Shown here one piece after another: positions 36,436 through 49,571 of a stretch of 64,000 nt of DNA (positions are counted from its first letter, which is position 1; each line of letters starts with the position of its first letter). The notes below the pieces were generated by a model. The model was not told where the DNA came from, did not search any database, and worked only from the letters and a program-made list of their open reading frames with translations. The stretch is from Oopsacas minuta. Lineage: Eukaryota > Animalia > Porifera. Where the stretch lies: positions 653,222 through 717,221 of the forward strand of contig JAKMXF010000055.1 of NCBI GenBank assembly GCA_024704765.1, written 5' to 3'. The translations under genes and the position numbers were made by a program.

Positions 36436-36984
36436 CTGTATTCCATTATACAAAGAATTCAAATGGTGGGGGGATCTACAGAATATGTATGACTTAATAA
36501 AGTAGTATACATAAGGTGATACTGCTGCACTACTCAATTTAATATCTCTGTTACAATAAACCCTTCCATCCAAGTCTGCTGATATCACCACACTATCGTC
36601 TTAACGAAGAAAATCATAACCCACCTTTGTTCGGAAGCGATTGATGTTAATCTGGTTGCAAAGAAACGAATCGGGTTCCCAACTCGGGACGCTATGTTAT
36701 AACTAGAGTATACTGTATTATGAAACTAATTTCATTAAAATTATCACCTTTAAGGTTGTGAATTTACTGTTCTGTTTATCCCGACTTTTGAATTATCCAT
36801 ATATTTTCAATAGTTCTAATTTTTAACTGAGTATCCATTCATTCTGTTTTCCAAAATCTCCTTTTTGAATTCGACCCAATATCAGTATATACTTATACCA
36901 GGTTCTGCTATGCTTCTATATTAGCAATGTCATCATAACTAAGATCGAAAACAGCCCTGCCTCATATGCATGTATGTACCACTA

Positions 36985-38881
36985 TAACTATTATCACTAT
37001 ATCCATATATGATATCGCTACAACCGTATCAATTATATAAGTTAAATTTACAAATCCCTGTATGAGATGATTTAACCTCGATTCTGGACAATTATAGCAA
37101 ACAATACCAAGAAGAGTATTGAAGAGGAATACTATGAAAAAAGTCAAAGTGTAAGTAAATCAGTAACGTTCTACTTCGTATAAAAATATATTCAATGTTG
37201 TTTGCTTTTTCAACAGTTTCTACAATGAGTACCCGATCTTCACTTTTTGAGAGAATCGCACCTTGAAGATCGAGGTTGTGGTGAGATATAAATGTTCTCA
37301 TATTCTTAATCATTTTATCACTTCTGACGTAGAAGGAACAGGAATTGCAGATACATCTTCAGTGTCACTCCCAATCATCTCAAGATCAATCTGAATTAAC
37401 ATTGACATAGTTAGAAAAATCATCACCAAATACTTCTGGAGGCAGCGGAAGCTCACAATATTCAATATGGGAATTGACTTCAGTGCTACCAATGAAAGTG
37501 TTCCAAATAACATTGAGAAGCAATTAACAACAGTCTGCGACTTCATGTGTCTCCATGCAAGTGCAATCCATAATATAGCTTGTTTGATATCAATCGCCTT
37601 AGACATTTTTTCTCCGGTCAAATTCCCATCCGCGAGCAGATCTAAAGCATACGCCATAACACTCTTTCGGTAAAATGCCTTGAATTCATTATAATATCAC
37701 TGTCGCAAGGTTGGATTACACTAGTTGTGTTTGGGGGCAACATAATACACTCTACATGCGACGAACGTGACATATCTGGTTTGTGCACTGAAGCATTATC
37801 CATCAATAAACCCACCTTTCGCTTTTCTCTCACATTTTGGAATTGAATTCACCAAGGAATTCACTAAATAATGCTCATAGCATCCAAGCTTTTGTGTTAT
37901 ATCTGTAGTTGACGGGTAAGGCGCGCATACAATCTTTAAGAGGACGGGGGTTAGCATACTTGCTGATTATGGTTAGCCTAACTTTATCGCTCCCATCAGC
38001 ATTAGAACAAACAAGAGCAGTAAATTTCGTTTTGTTTTGCTTAATACCGCGGACAGCATCTTTATTCTTACTAAATTCAAATGTGAATTTTGGGAAACAT
38101 CTGTAGAAAAGGTCCATCTCATCATAATAATAGCAGTCTGAAAGTGAGTAATTAGACAGAATTACAGGAATTTGTATACGGAGGAAATCATATGCGGCCA
38201 GTGTGTCAGCAGAGGCGGCATCTCCGTGCTGTACCGAAGAAATGCAGTGGCGTTTTCCCTAACTTTATAACCAACCACGTGATGGAATAGGGTCAATGTT
38301 GTATATCTTTGCCAGGAAATCAATTTTAGACATGAGCATATTCCCATCAATTGGAACGGACCTCTCTCGCGCATCTGTAAACCACACTAATAGTGATTTG
38401 TCGAGGTCTTCATGGGTCGACATTCGCTTTCGCTTTGCTGCTGGTGCAATTGTAATTAGTTTTTCAGAAGAATTGCTTTTCTTGATGTTTGATATCGATG
38501 ATTGATAAATTAGATATCCCTGTGCTACTTCGACTTGAGTAACGCCGTCACGCATTACCTCAACCACTTCCAACTTCTTCATCACTGACAATAATTTACG
38601 CTTCTGTCTATTTTCCATGATGGAAAAAACTAAAGACGATTAACGAAGATATGGGGTCAATATAATTTTGAAAGATAAATTATGGGGTAACAAAAATAAT
38701 CAAAAAAATTTTTTGTTCGAATATGTATTGGTGCCCAAATAATCACTATATCTAATAAATGATATCACTATACCCAATAAAATTTGCATGGGATTTGCTT
38801 GGGGACACATCTAAAGCAGCAAAATTATCACTATATCCAATGTATCACTACATCCATTATCACTATATCAATTATGAACTC
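36985..38881 (-). mobile_element. pogo/Tigger element 1 (3' end incomplete)
   Basis: Terminus ATTATCACTATATCAATTATGAACTC-TA at 38856-38883 with ATCACTATA subterminal repeats. The same motif recurs at ~36990 without a full TIR. Confidence 0.75.
37310..38618 (-). pseudogene. pogo/Tigger (CENP-B-like, DDE_1) transposase
   Basis: KRKLLSVMKKLEV (HTH), EDLDKSLLVWF...RGWL, DEMDLFYRCFP (D1), YRYNTKAWM and LLMDNASVH...LPPNTTSVIQPCD (31 residues between D2 and D3). Confidence 0.92.
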
Positions 38882-39887
38882 TACTAAGGAGGCTAAGGAT
38901 GTCATAATCTTGCCTCCGCCAAGATGCCAAGAATCAGAGATTGGGAACCGCTGCACTCAAGGAGTATGATAAAGTGTTATAACTACATATCATCAATTAG
39001 TTTGTACATTTCACATTCTTCTCTCCATCAATATCAGTAAGAAAACAGATGACAGGTATATATTGATTATGTTCATCATTATTGTAATTGTTCGATTATT
39101 ATACAAGGTGGAAGACAGGCCTTATCGAATACAGTAGATGTAGAAAAAAGGAATAGTGGAAGCAGAAGCATAATAGAGCAGATACGATGCGAATATAGGT
39201 ATTGAATAGAGATTTGAAAACACTGAGTGAAAAGATTTTGATAACTTCTGGAAAATGTCGATGGCTCTCAATAATTATGAGTGGTCAAAAGGGGGGCACT
39301 AAATTTTCAGCCAGTAAAGTAGATTCGATGGAATGTAAGTAATGGCATATTCACATGCTCAGAATAATGTATTTATTCCTGAAGATCTATATCTTGATCC
39401 AGAGATCGATTTCGGAATATTTCCAATCATCTTTTGAATATGGGAATGTCACAGACAATGAAGTATACCAGTCTCAAAGATTATCCAAAAAATATACTCC
39501 AAGTAAGTAATGGGCACATGAATATATCATATTCAAATATAAAATCATTACATAATATAAACAAATCGAGATATCTGTAAGAATAGTCCAAGGGTAAATT
39601 CCATCTATGGACCAAAATTTACAAAGAGTAACAATGCCTTAGCATATAGATATGTTTTAATATAGCAGAGAACTCTCCAAGGACACCCGATTAAGAACGC
39701 TGTTTAAATGGTAGTAGTTTACTACCTTACTTGTGATATATTCACTTAAGATATAATCATAATTAATTATGACTTAATCCCCCACTATTTACCTATTAGA
39801 ATCAGTGGGAACAATATTAGAGAAGTGGGGTCTCAAAATTAAATGGGGTATATGGTCCCTACATCGACTGGTTGTACAGCATTATAA

Positions 39888-41755
39888 CAGTGGTACCTGT
39901 CTTGTACGACCACCTGGCGTTGACAAATGTAGTCATTAAAGACAGGTGATCGTTGATCACAAGTTTGCTATAGCCGAATGTTTTAACTATACTTTATCTA
40001 TCTATCTATTCAATATGTACACAAATGTAATACTACATGTTGCAAGTCAATATATTGGAAATATTTTCATTTTATCTACTAATAATAATTATGTTTGTTT
40101 TGTTTGTAGAACCAACTATCCAGCGTACTTTGCTTAAAGTTGCGTATTTTGAATTCTCCACCAAATCTTCAGTCTTGATCATTTTTTCAAGGAGACTTCC
40201 TCATTATTAGAAAGAGAACACTTCTCAATTTTCCAATCATGACACCTGCTTCTGTCATGGAAATTACTTTATCTGACCTTTCATTCTGACCTTCGCCACA
40301 ATCTTTATTTTCATCATTATATCTTTCTGAGTTATTTAAATCCACCCCTTTGCTTTTGCTGCAATCTCCGTTCCCAGTCATCTCTAGAGGAAGCAAAGGT
40401 AGCCAAGAAATTATCAAATGTAGCAAATTGAGATAGCGTTATGCCCTCTAGAATAAACTCGGTTTCTGTCATAATATCTTCAAAAGGTGAAGCCAAAATA
40501 TGAGATTCTGAAGCCTCAAATGCCTTTGGAAACCACACTTTCTGGAGCATTTCTGAATAGTGCTGCTTGGTAAGCTACACAATGCATCTTTAATCGATAA
40601 AATGGGATCCAAGATATTAACTAGCTTAACCAATTCAGAAGCTGTGTTACATGCATCCATTCTGCTAATCAAGTGCCTTAGCAATCACTTCCTGTAGTTG
40701 ATTTTCATAGATTGAATTAACCCAGCATCCATTGGCTGCAGCTTCGAAGTTGTATTGGGTGGCAGAAAAACCAATCTGAAATTGCTTGCCTCAACATCGG
40801 GATGTGAACTAAAGTTATCAACAATCATTAGAACATTCCTAATTTCAAATCTGAATCTCTGGTCTGTTCTTTTCACACAGTCTACAAATATCTTAGATGT
40901 TACCCACGCCTTTTTATTTGCATCATAGTGGACCCCCAACATATCTTTATGAATACCTTTGAAGCACCTTGGATCAAGTGATTTTCCTATTACAAGGGCT
41001 TTTAACTTTCTCCTACTGCACTAGCACAAAAAGTAAAGTCAAATGGTCTTTTGCCTTTTTCCACCTTTACAAGCACCAACTTTCTCAACCATTGATCAAT
41101 TGGGGAAGCTCCTGAAGAACATGCTAGTTTCATCTCCGTTGAATATGTTATTAAGTGAGTATCCCTCACATATTGAAGGGAGTCTTGCAGACTAATCAGA
41201 TATAATATCGTCATTTTCAGCTGCAGCTTCGCCACTCAATACACAGCTTTTCACACTACAACATTTTACCATGCTTCCAGCCACATACTCCTTGTTTCCA
41301 TGTTTCAATGATCTTCTCCTTATCTAAAAAATGCTCTGGATCTGTGTCTTTTCAACACAAAAACTCTCTGCTAGACTCTTTGCTGTTTCCATTCCTTTCT
41401 CTGATCTCTCGATAACCGTATACGTTCTTCTAATGACAGAATTTTCCTTTTTCAACTCGCCATTTATATGTGCTAGTAGATGAATTTAAATAAATAGAAA
41501 GGTTGTCATAATGATCATCTAAATATTGATTCATTACTGACGAAATATTGCATAAGTAATTGTTTTACAGATTTATGGTCGTTGATTACACGTAAATTTA
41601 ACCTGAAACCGCAAAAGTCGTCGTCATTGGTCGCGTTCTACAAATAGTCGCTCATCACAGGTCGAAATGTATCGTAATCAATCAGTGTCAGAGAAATCAG
41701 TCGTGAAAAGCAGGAAGTCGCTCATGAAAGGGGTCGTACAATACAGGTAGCACTG
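39888..41755 (-). mobile_element. pogo/Tigger element 2, 1868 bp
   Basis: TIRs CAGTGGTACCTGTCTTGTACGACC / CAGTGCTACCTGTATTGTACGACC (22/24). Flanks AA and TG, read as a decayed TA. Confidence 0.85.
40187..41300 (-). pseudogene. Tigger-type (TIGD-like) transposase
   Basis: IFNGDETSMFFRSFP (D1), YDANKKAWVTSKIF and LMIVDNFSSH...LPPNTTSKLQPMDAG (29 residues between D2 and D3). Many stops and frameshifts. Confidence 0.9.
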
Positions 41756-41910
41756 TGCTATATATATTTCAGTTGTTTTGTTTGCAGAAGTCTCAGGGAC
41801 TCATCCTTCCGAAGTTAATGGGACAGCATTTACTCTAGGTATGATTGGGATCCAGGATCATTTTTATATTCCCCTATCCTTTTGTGTATTAGCATACCTA
41901 TGCGTTATAA

Positions 41911-44251
41911 CAGAGGTCCCCAACCCAAAGACCGCGGGTCAAATCCGGCCCGCGTTCCCAAAAGTTCTGGCCCGCCAAACCCTAGCTCCACTTTGCCTAC
42001 TTTTATGATTCCCTACTACTAACAAATTAGTGTCACTTTGCCAACTCAATGAAGCGTATTAATTAACATATTCTTTGATTACTGCAACAGTGAATATACA
42101 ATTTTGGCTCGCCTATATGAATTCTCTAATACTATTCATAATTTTGTAATCAATTGTTTACTGTCTTGTTTGTTCAACGAATGCCTACATATATGCGTAT
42201 ATTATCTATTCCTGTAAGTCTAGTATTAGAACATATACGTATCTAGACAAGTCTGGTCCGAATTTAAGTTTGATCCATGAAGTAAACTATGCTCCCAGTT
42301 AACAAAAGGAAGGTAGGTTATGAAATGAGGACTTTCAAGGAGTGTTGGACAGAAAAATATTTCATTATTTGCCACAATGGGCAGCTTCTCTGTCTTATCT
42401 GCCAAGATATGATTGCAGTCAAGAAAGAATTCAACATAAAGAGACACTATGAGGCCAAACACTCAAAGTATTCAGAGTACACTAGTTTGATCCGAAGCGA
42501 TAAAATAGAAGCTTTGAAGAAAAATATCTCCAAGCAGCAAATGACTTTTACAAAAATAAACGAAAACGCAGAGAAGGCCACCAAGGTGAGTTTAGCAATC
42601 AGCCACCAATAGCAAAAATACGAAAACCTTTTCAGATGGCCAATTTGTCAAGGAATGCATTATGACAGCTGTTGATTTCCTTTGTCCTGAAGAGAAAATG
42701 TTTTCGCCAATGTAAGTCTTTCATCATTAACTGTGACTCGTAGAATGGAAGATATTGCAGAAAATCTCAAGTTGTCATTGAAAGATGTTGCTGGACAGTT
42801 TCAATACTACTCTATAGCTCTCGATGAAACCAATGATTTATGTCACACAGCACAACTTGCGTGTTTGTGCATGGGGTTACACCTGACTTTCGTACTTTTG
42901 AAGAATTTGTGCAACTGCTGCGTATGAAAGGTAGAACTACAGGTGTTGATATATTTAATGTTGTTAAAGATGTACTCGAGGAGTTTAACCTAAATCTTGA
43001 TAATATTTTTGATGTTACAACTGATGGTGCTCCTGCAACGGTTGGTAAAGAAAATGGTATTGCAGCACTGCTTGAGAAATATTGCAAAGTAAATGGAAAT
43101 CAACGAGATCTCATTAAAATACATCGCTTAATACATAAGGAGGCCTTGTGCGCCGAATCTATAAAATTGAAAAATGTGTCATGGAAACAGTTGTGAAGTC
43201 TGTGAACTCGTAAAATGTCGAGGTCTCATCACCGTCAGTTCCAAGAGTTGCTCAAAGAAATGAAATCAGAATATGGCAACTTATTGTACTATTGTGAGGT
43301 ACGTTGGCTGAGTAGAGGCGCTATGTTAAAACAAGTGGATTATTAGAAAGAAGAGCTTGACACCTTAATGAGGAGCAAGGGGATGGTAATTCCTCAGTAC
43401 ACTGATTCTTCATGGCTATCAGAATTTGCATTTTTGGTAGACATTATTGGCCATCTGAATTCAATCAATTTGCATTTGCACGGTAAAAGAGAGCTAATAA
43501 AGCACTATTCGAGTACATATGTTCCTTTGAAATAAAACTTCTGCTTTGGGAAAATCAGTCCCAAGAAAAGAATTTTGTACATTATCCAACTTTAAAAGCA
43601 AACAACCCAGATGACACAGGCACCTACGTAAACTTTATTTCTGACTTAAGAGCTCAGTTTTCTGCCAGATTTGTGGATGTACAGAAGTACAAGTCTGATT
43701 TCAGGTTACTTGCAGCAACTTTTGATGTTTCTGTTGATGAAAGTGCTGAACTAGTACAAATGGAATTGGTAGATCTTCAGTGTAATGATCTTTTGAAGTC
43801 TAAATTTCGTGATTGTGAGGATGATATTATTACATTTTATAAGAAGTATCTTACAGAACAACAATATCAGAACTTCGGAAACAGGCTAAGAAATTCTGCT
43901 GCGTATTTGGCAGTACTTTCACATGCGATTAACTATTCCCAAAAATGAAGTTTACCAAAAGTACTACACGTACGAGAATCACAGCTGGCCATTTAAATGA
44001 TGTTTTAAGAATCACAACAACCGTTAGCATACCAAATTTTGAAACATTATCAAAACAAAGAAAATTATATCAAGTTTCTCATTAACATGTTAGTAAAGTG
44101 TAATATTAGTTCAATGTTAGTTACTAAGAAATGTGTGAAGTAGTCTTAATTGCTTACTCTTAGGACATAGGGTATAAAAGAGAAGTTTGACCCGCCTGAC
44201 TCACATATCACTAAGAACTGGCACTTGGTTCTAAAAGGTTCGGGACAGCTG
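41911..44251 (+). mobile_element. Buster/SPIN-type hAT transposon 2, 2341 bp
   Basis: 8-bp TSD CGTTATAA (41903-41910) / CGCTATAA (44252-44259). TIRs CAGAGGTCCCCAACC / CAGCTGTCCCGAACC. Confidence 0.92.
42289..44085 (+). pseudogene. GTF2IRD2/SPIN-like hAT transposase, frameshifted
   Basis: CLICQD...KRHYEAKH, YSIALDETND (D1), VTTDGAPA (D2), IHRLIHKEALC, EVRWLSRG, ELVDLQC and C-terminal QVSH-stop. Confidence 0.92.
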
Positions 44252-44270
44252 CGCTATAAGATCTATCGGT

Positions 44271-46900
44271 CAGTGGCGTAGCCATGCCCGAGCGTCAGGC
44301 TGTTCTCCTGGCTCAGCATACCAATGTTAAATTAGTTCCTGTAATCCATTCATAACAATAATAACATGAGCAGAAACATACCGTATTCTACATATTGAAT
44401 AGTCAGATATCCCATTGTATCACATGTGGTATTCATCTTCTAGGAATCTTTACACTAATCTCATGACCAGCACCCGTTTTCTTAATTTGTATTGGAATTA
44501 TAACAACCTAATAATTACCAACTTGTATAAACATATCTGTCAAATTTTTGTTCAATCTAGTTAAGCAAAAATTGGATATTATATCAAAAATTCAAATTCA
44601 GAATCAATAGACATAGTTAGCCGTTTATATCAGTAGAGAGCAAGTTTTTAGTTAAAGTAGAAAATTCAATAGCCTGTTTGCGGAACATTAAAGTCACATA
44701 TTTGCATGCTAAAGCTCTGGGTACTCCACTGACGTTTATATGACATATTGGATATCTTGAAATCAGTTGAATACGGCATATCATAGTATCCTTGGTTGAC
44801 AACGGACAGCAGACACACAAACAAATATTAGCTCAGTAGCTGAGGAAATGCTGGTTCCAATATAATTTCTTGTACCAGAGATGCATTACCAGTCATCATA
44901 AGCCAAGGATCAGACACTGCTTTCGGAAATAGAGCATTTGTGTCTTCTTGGATAGTATGGCTTTTTCACTATTTTCATATATCAAGGTTTCAATAATGGT
45001 ACCAGTCTTGAGATCAGAAAAAAGTAGGAACAGCGGTCATTGCTGGAAAACTGGAATACCGCCCCTATCGAAGAATAGTTATATATCTGATGATGTAAGG
45101 TATTGCTAAGTGATTTTACTGTTCTTCATCTGATAGATTGAATAAAATTATCTGAAATCACTTCTTTGTGGGAGGCAAGCAAAATATTATCTTTAAGCGT
45201 CATAAGGGGGAATGTGAATAGATGACACATAATTTATTCGGGCAAAAAGGAATAATCAGTGCTAGTATAAATTTTACCTGTAAGCAGAAAAACTAATTAT
45301 TCCTCCGATAGGGCTCTAAATCGAATAGTTGAACAATGTCGTTTCTAATTCAATAGTCCCAGTTTCTAATAAACATAAACCGGAGCAAAGTATTTCAACA
45401 ACACTAAAGCTACTATGGCAATAAGGAATAAGTTGAAAATAATTCCAAATAGCAACATTGTTCCACCTCTAATCACTGTATAAAGAACATAAATTGTAAA
45501 CATTCCAGAATTTCATAAAGTTGGGAGAATTGAAACTAAAGTGAAAGCTGACCGAAAAATCAAAGAAATACAAGGTTGCATTAAAATACCTTATTAGAAT
45601 CAATATGAGCCTTTTTTGCGAAAACACTGCCATATTTCTTTGAGAATAAATTCAACCTTTGAGCTAAAGAGAAAATGTAAAATATGTAAAATAACAAAAG
45701 AGGAATCATGGACACTAATATATTAAGAGATAATAGATAAAGTAAACTATATATGTATTAATTTTAGAAATTAAAGAATAATAATAAGTTCAAAATATCA
45801 AAGCCACAATAAACAACATAAACTATGAAAAAACACAAAAATGAATATAAACACATATATAAACGGATAAGTAGAACCATTATTATTGGGGAAGTTCGAT
45901 TTCGCAGGTTTTTAATACAGACTTTGGACACCCTGAAAAATTCAACCTCCATCATAATTTCCCAAGCCCTCAGATAAAATTCTTTCTAAAACTCTGGACC
46001 GCGACTCTCGTGATAACCTCCCATTCCAAATTAGAATTTCAATCAAATCATATTAAAACTTCCACAAGTCACTCTTGTGATGAAGATTTTCCTACTCTTA
46101 AAGAATTTCGTTTATGGATCTCGAATTTTGTGAAACCACATCCAATCATCAATTTCCTCGGATCACTATATGACAGCAATCTTTCGACTGCATCTGTTAC
46201 GTTATCCTGGAATGAACATTTGAGAGTAAATTAGTCTCTAAAAATGACATATAATTGCTAAAATAGTGAATGCATTCGTCTTATTCAAGCTTAGACGACA
46301 ACCATTGGCCATAAGCTCAGTGATGTAGGATTCACGAACTTCTGACCAATGGTTGTGCAAGCTGGTAGATATTTCCGATGGTCATATCAATGTTAAAATC
46401 TTCAGAAATCTATATGATTCCAAAATGTCAGCAACATTAAGTGGAGTTGGTTGAGTCAATTGTCAATTGTCTATTGCTAGTCACAAACAACTGAAAGGCT
46501 TGGATCTCAAAAACCATGGCTTCCCATAGATCGCTGTTTTAACAGCGCTAGCATGATATTCAATGAGTCAATTTCGAATACTTCATAAATAATAGTACTC
46601 TTTTAGATATCTAATAAGGAACTCCTTGTTGCTTTACCATTGCAGAGTTTGTTTTGTGCAATGAGGTGGCTAATGCTTGTATTTCATTGAAATATGGTCA
46701 ATTGGTAAGGTCACAAATTGTGAATTAAGAGAAACATCAGCTGATACTTTGCATTTGATTTTGGTACATTTTGGAATATATGCTCAGAGTAAAACACTTT
46801 GTGAATATTCTAAGGTGATGTTAATTTGATTGTAGACTTTACGACTCACTGATCCATCAAGGCCACCTGCGACGTCGATTGTTAAGGGATATATTATATA
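44271..46900 (-). mobile_element. Possible heavily decayed Tip100/PRKRIR-type hAT relic
   Basis: CAGTGGCGTAGCC terminus at 44271. Faint minus-strand fragments EYHASAVKTA, NYDGG..QGVQSL and FPQLL. The other end was not found. Confidence 0.3.
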
Positions 46901-48286
46901 CTGAAATCAATCAATTGGTCAAATGGACTCAAATAATCTTTCCGTAGTAACTGAAACCATTATGCTATACTTAATAGTTACATCAACTGGATAATCAGTA
47001 TTTCCCACAATCTTTAGTTCACTTGATGCAACAAGTGATGAAGATATGCTGAAATCTTCTTAAGTTGGGTTAATAAATAATTGCTTACAGGAAAGACGCA
47101 ACTCTATGTATTTCCGCCCTACAATCTCAAGCATATCAATCAAGGCTGCTGTAATATGAGAATTTATGGTGAATTTAGATGGAACATAGTTTAAGTTGAA
47201 AATATATCTTTACACATGTCAGAAGTCTTGCTAACATAATTTTTATTATGAATCAGTTTTAGAGACATCAATGATATTTCCTTGTGATCTAGCAACAAAA
47301 CAAATGTGCTCTACGATGTGAGCAACTTATTTTGTCAATGATTCCATAGTTATGGCAAGAACATGCTTCCTGAAGATATTTGAGTTTGTTGAATGAAAAC
47401 GGTTTCCATAGCTCTAGGAGTTGATGGACAAGAACTGAGAAAATCACCTTTTCTTGAATGAAATAATGGGTAAATTGTCCAGTCATCAAGGTTACCTTGC
47501 TTCAAAAGCTATAGGTTCAGAAATCAATTTTTAAGAATAGGTATCGAATATGCTGAAATTCTGCATGATGAAAGATTTCCAAGAAGTACTTTGTTGGAAC
47601 ATTTGCATTGTAATTTTGACATTATTGGAGGTCATTCTCAATAGTATTGTTTGACGTAATTATGAAAATGAATTATTCTTATGGCTTATTACAGTCGTCT
47701 GATTCCAGGAAGTATACGATCATTAACTCATCAATCATTCCGGAAGAATCAGCTTGAATTAATAAAATTAGTCTAATCGATATGATATATTCCTTAGCAT
47801 ATCCTAAGTTACAACCTTATAAAAACATAAATCTAATTATTTCTCTACATAGTATACATAACCATTATTATGTTGTATAATAGGTTTTATATTCCATATT
47901 ATATGTTTAGATTAACCGATGTAGAAACTTTTCTTTTTCATAGGAATATTAGTATCATATAGTAAAGATAGGTTTCTATTCAAGTTACTTTAATCATGAA
48001 TACATTACAACCTTGAATTAATATTGATCATCTCCTAACTCTTCTTTATACCATGGATAACCACAATAAAGTAGATTATTTAATTGCAACTATTCACATT
48101 TATCATTTGCATTATGAAATGGTTATTATTATGACCCATTTTAACAACCACAATAATTAAAACAATGAAAATTTGACATTAAAGTACATAAAATGTATAA
48201 ATTGAACAAGTTTTAATATACATTGATGCCAAATTAACGATCAAGACTGCTCAGTAAGATATATCAATATCCTACTTTCCGATATA

Positions 48287-49571
48287 CAGGGTGACAAATA
48301 AGTTCTGTCCCATTGAAAATTTATTATAACTAAACCATGAACTAAGATATTGACTTGAATTAAGCTATAACATAGCAAACTAAGTATAGATTCATAATAT
48401 TTTCAATTGTTCGATATAGCTCCCTTTCTTATTGATGATAGTTCTTAGCCACTTGGGGACGGACTCGACAGCGGCACGCAACTGTTCCTGCGGGATTTTT
48501 CCCATTCTCGGGAGAAAGACGTTTTTAGAGAATTGACACTCTTGTGGGAAGTAGAGGACGTATTTGTGCCCAATATCGATCACAACGAGAAGTCCATTGG
48601 GTTGAGATCTGGGCTGGAAGGAGGCCATTCCTCCTTGGAGATGAAGTCTGGGATAGTGTCTCGTAACCACTGTAGGTTGACTTTCGCTGTGAGAGCAGGC
48701 GCACCGTCTTGCTGGAATAAAATGAACGATTATTGAAGATGGTCTTACCAGGCCTCTCACTATTGGGTCTAAAACGAGCTCCTGATACTTAACAGCATTT
48801 ATTTTTACGCCCGGTGGGATGATAACCTGTGGGGTAGGCCTTTTGCGGACTCCCCCGCCCAAACCACCACTGACTGAGGATGCTGAACTCTTTGGACGCA
48901 TCGATACCCTTGTGGTATGGAAGATGGAGAAGAGGACAGTACTCGATCGTTTTGACGATTGTACGCCTGGACAGTGAATAATTTCTCATCCGAGAATAAA
49001 ATTTCATCAAGGCCAAAACTTGCGAGCCGGGCGAGTAAGGCCTTGCTTCTGGCTAGCTCTTTTCTATAATCTGTGCCGAAATAAAGTGGACCTTCCTCTT
49101 TTTGTAAGGAAATAGGCCCATATCGCTCTCCACAATTGTTCGGCCCGATTCTCTGGATATTCGGAGTTCTGGCGCCATTTTTCGCAGCGTTGAGTCCGAC
49201 TACCGATAACCTTTCTCTTCTGGGTAGTGGTCGCAGATGTTGGACGACCACTTCTATGCCTGTCTGAGGTACTACCAGTGTCCTTATATCTTTTAATAGT
49301 ACGATATATCAATTTCTTGCGCGACTTGGGGAAATTGAAATCTTCAATATTTTGCTTTGGCTTTTCCCTTACAATATAATTTAACAATAACCACCCTATT
49401 CTTCTCCATTTAGCCTAGAATCTTTTAGCTTGTTCAGAATGTACAGATTACATTTGAATACTTGAAATATATACATTTTTACTTATCTAACACTATAACT
49501 GTTCAATCTGGTTCTTTAATAAGGAACTACACTACAGCAAACATATGGGACAGAACTTATTTGTCACCCTG
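48287..49571 (-). mobile_element. maT-type (DD37D) transposon, 1285 bp
   Basis: Perfect 27-bp TIRs CAGGGTGACAAATAAGTTCTGTCCCAT. TA flanks at 48285-48286 and 49572-49573. Confidence 0.95.
48400..49390 (-). pseudogene. maT/DD37D transposase
   Basis: RSGRP, ILFSDEKLFTV (D1), NRQNDRV and FQQDGAPA(L)TAKVNLQWLRDTIPDFISKEEWPPSSPDLNPMD (37 residues between D2 and D3). Multiple lesions. Confidence 0.9.

Noticed and set aside
36354-38881. ATCACTATA(TCC) repeats as a CRISPR-like array
   Set aside because: Short, irregular subterminal repeats of a pogo element, with no constant spacers and no cas genes.
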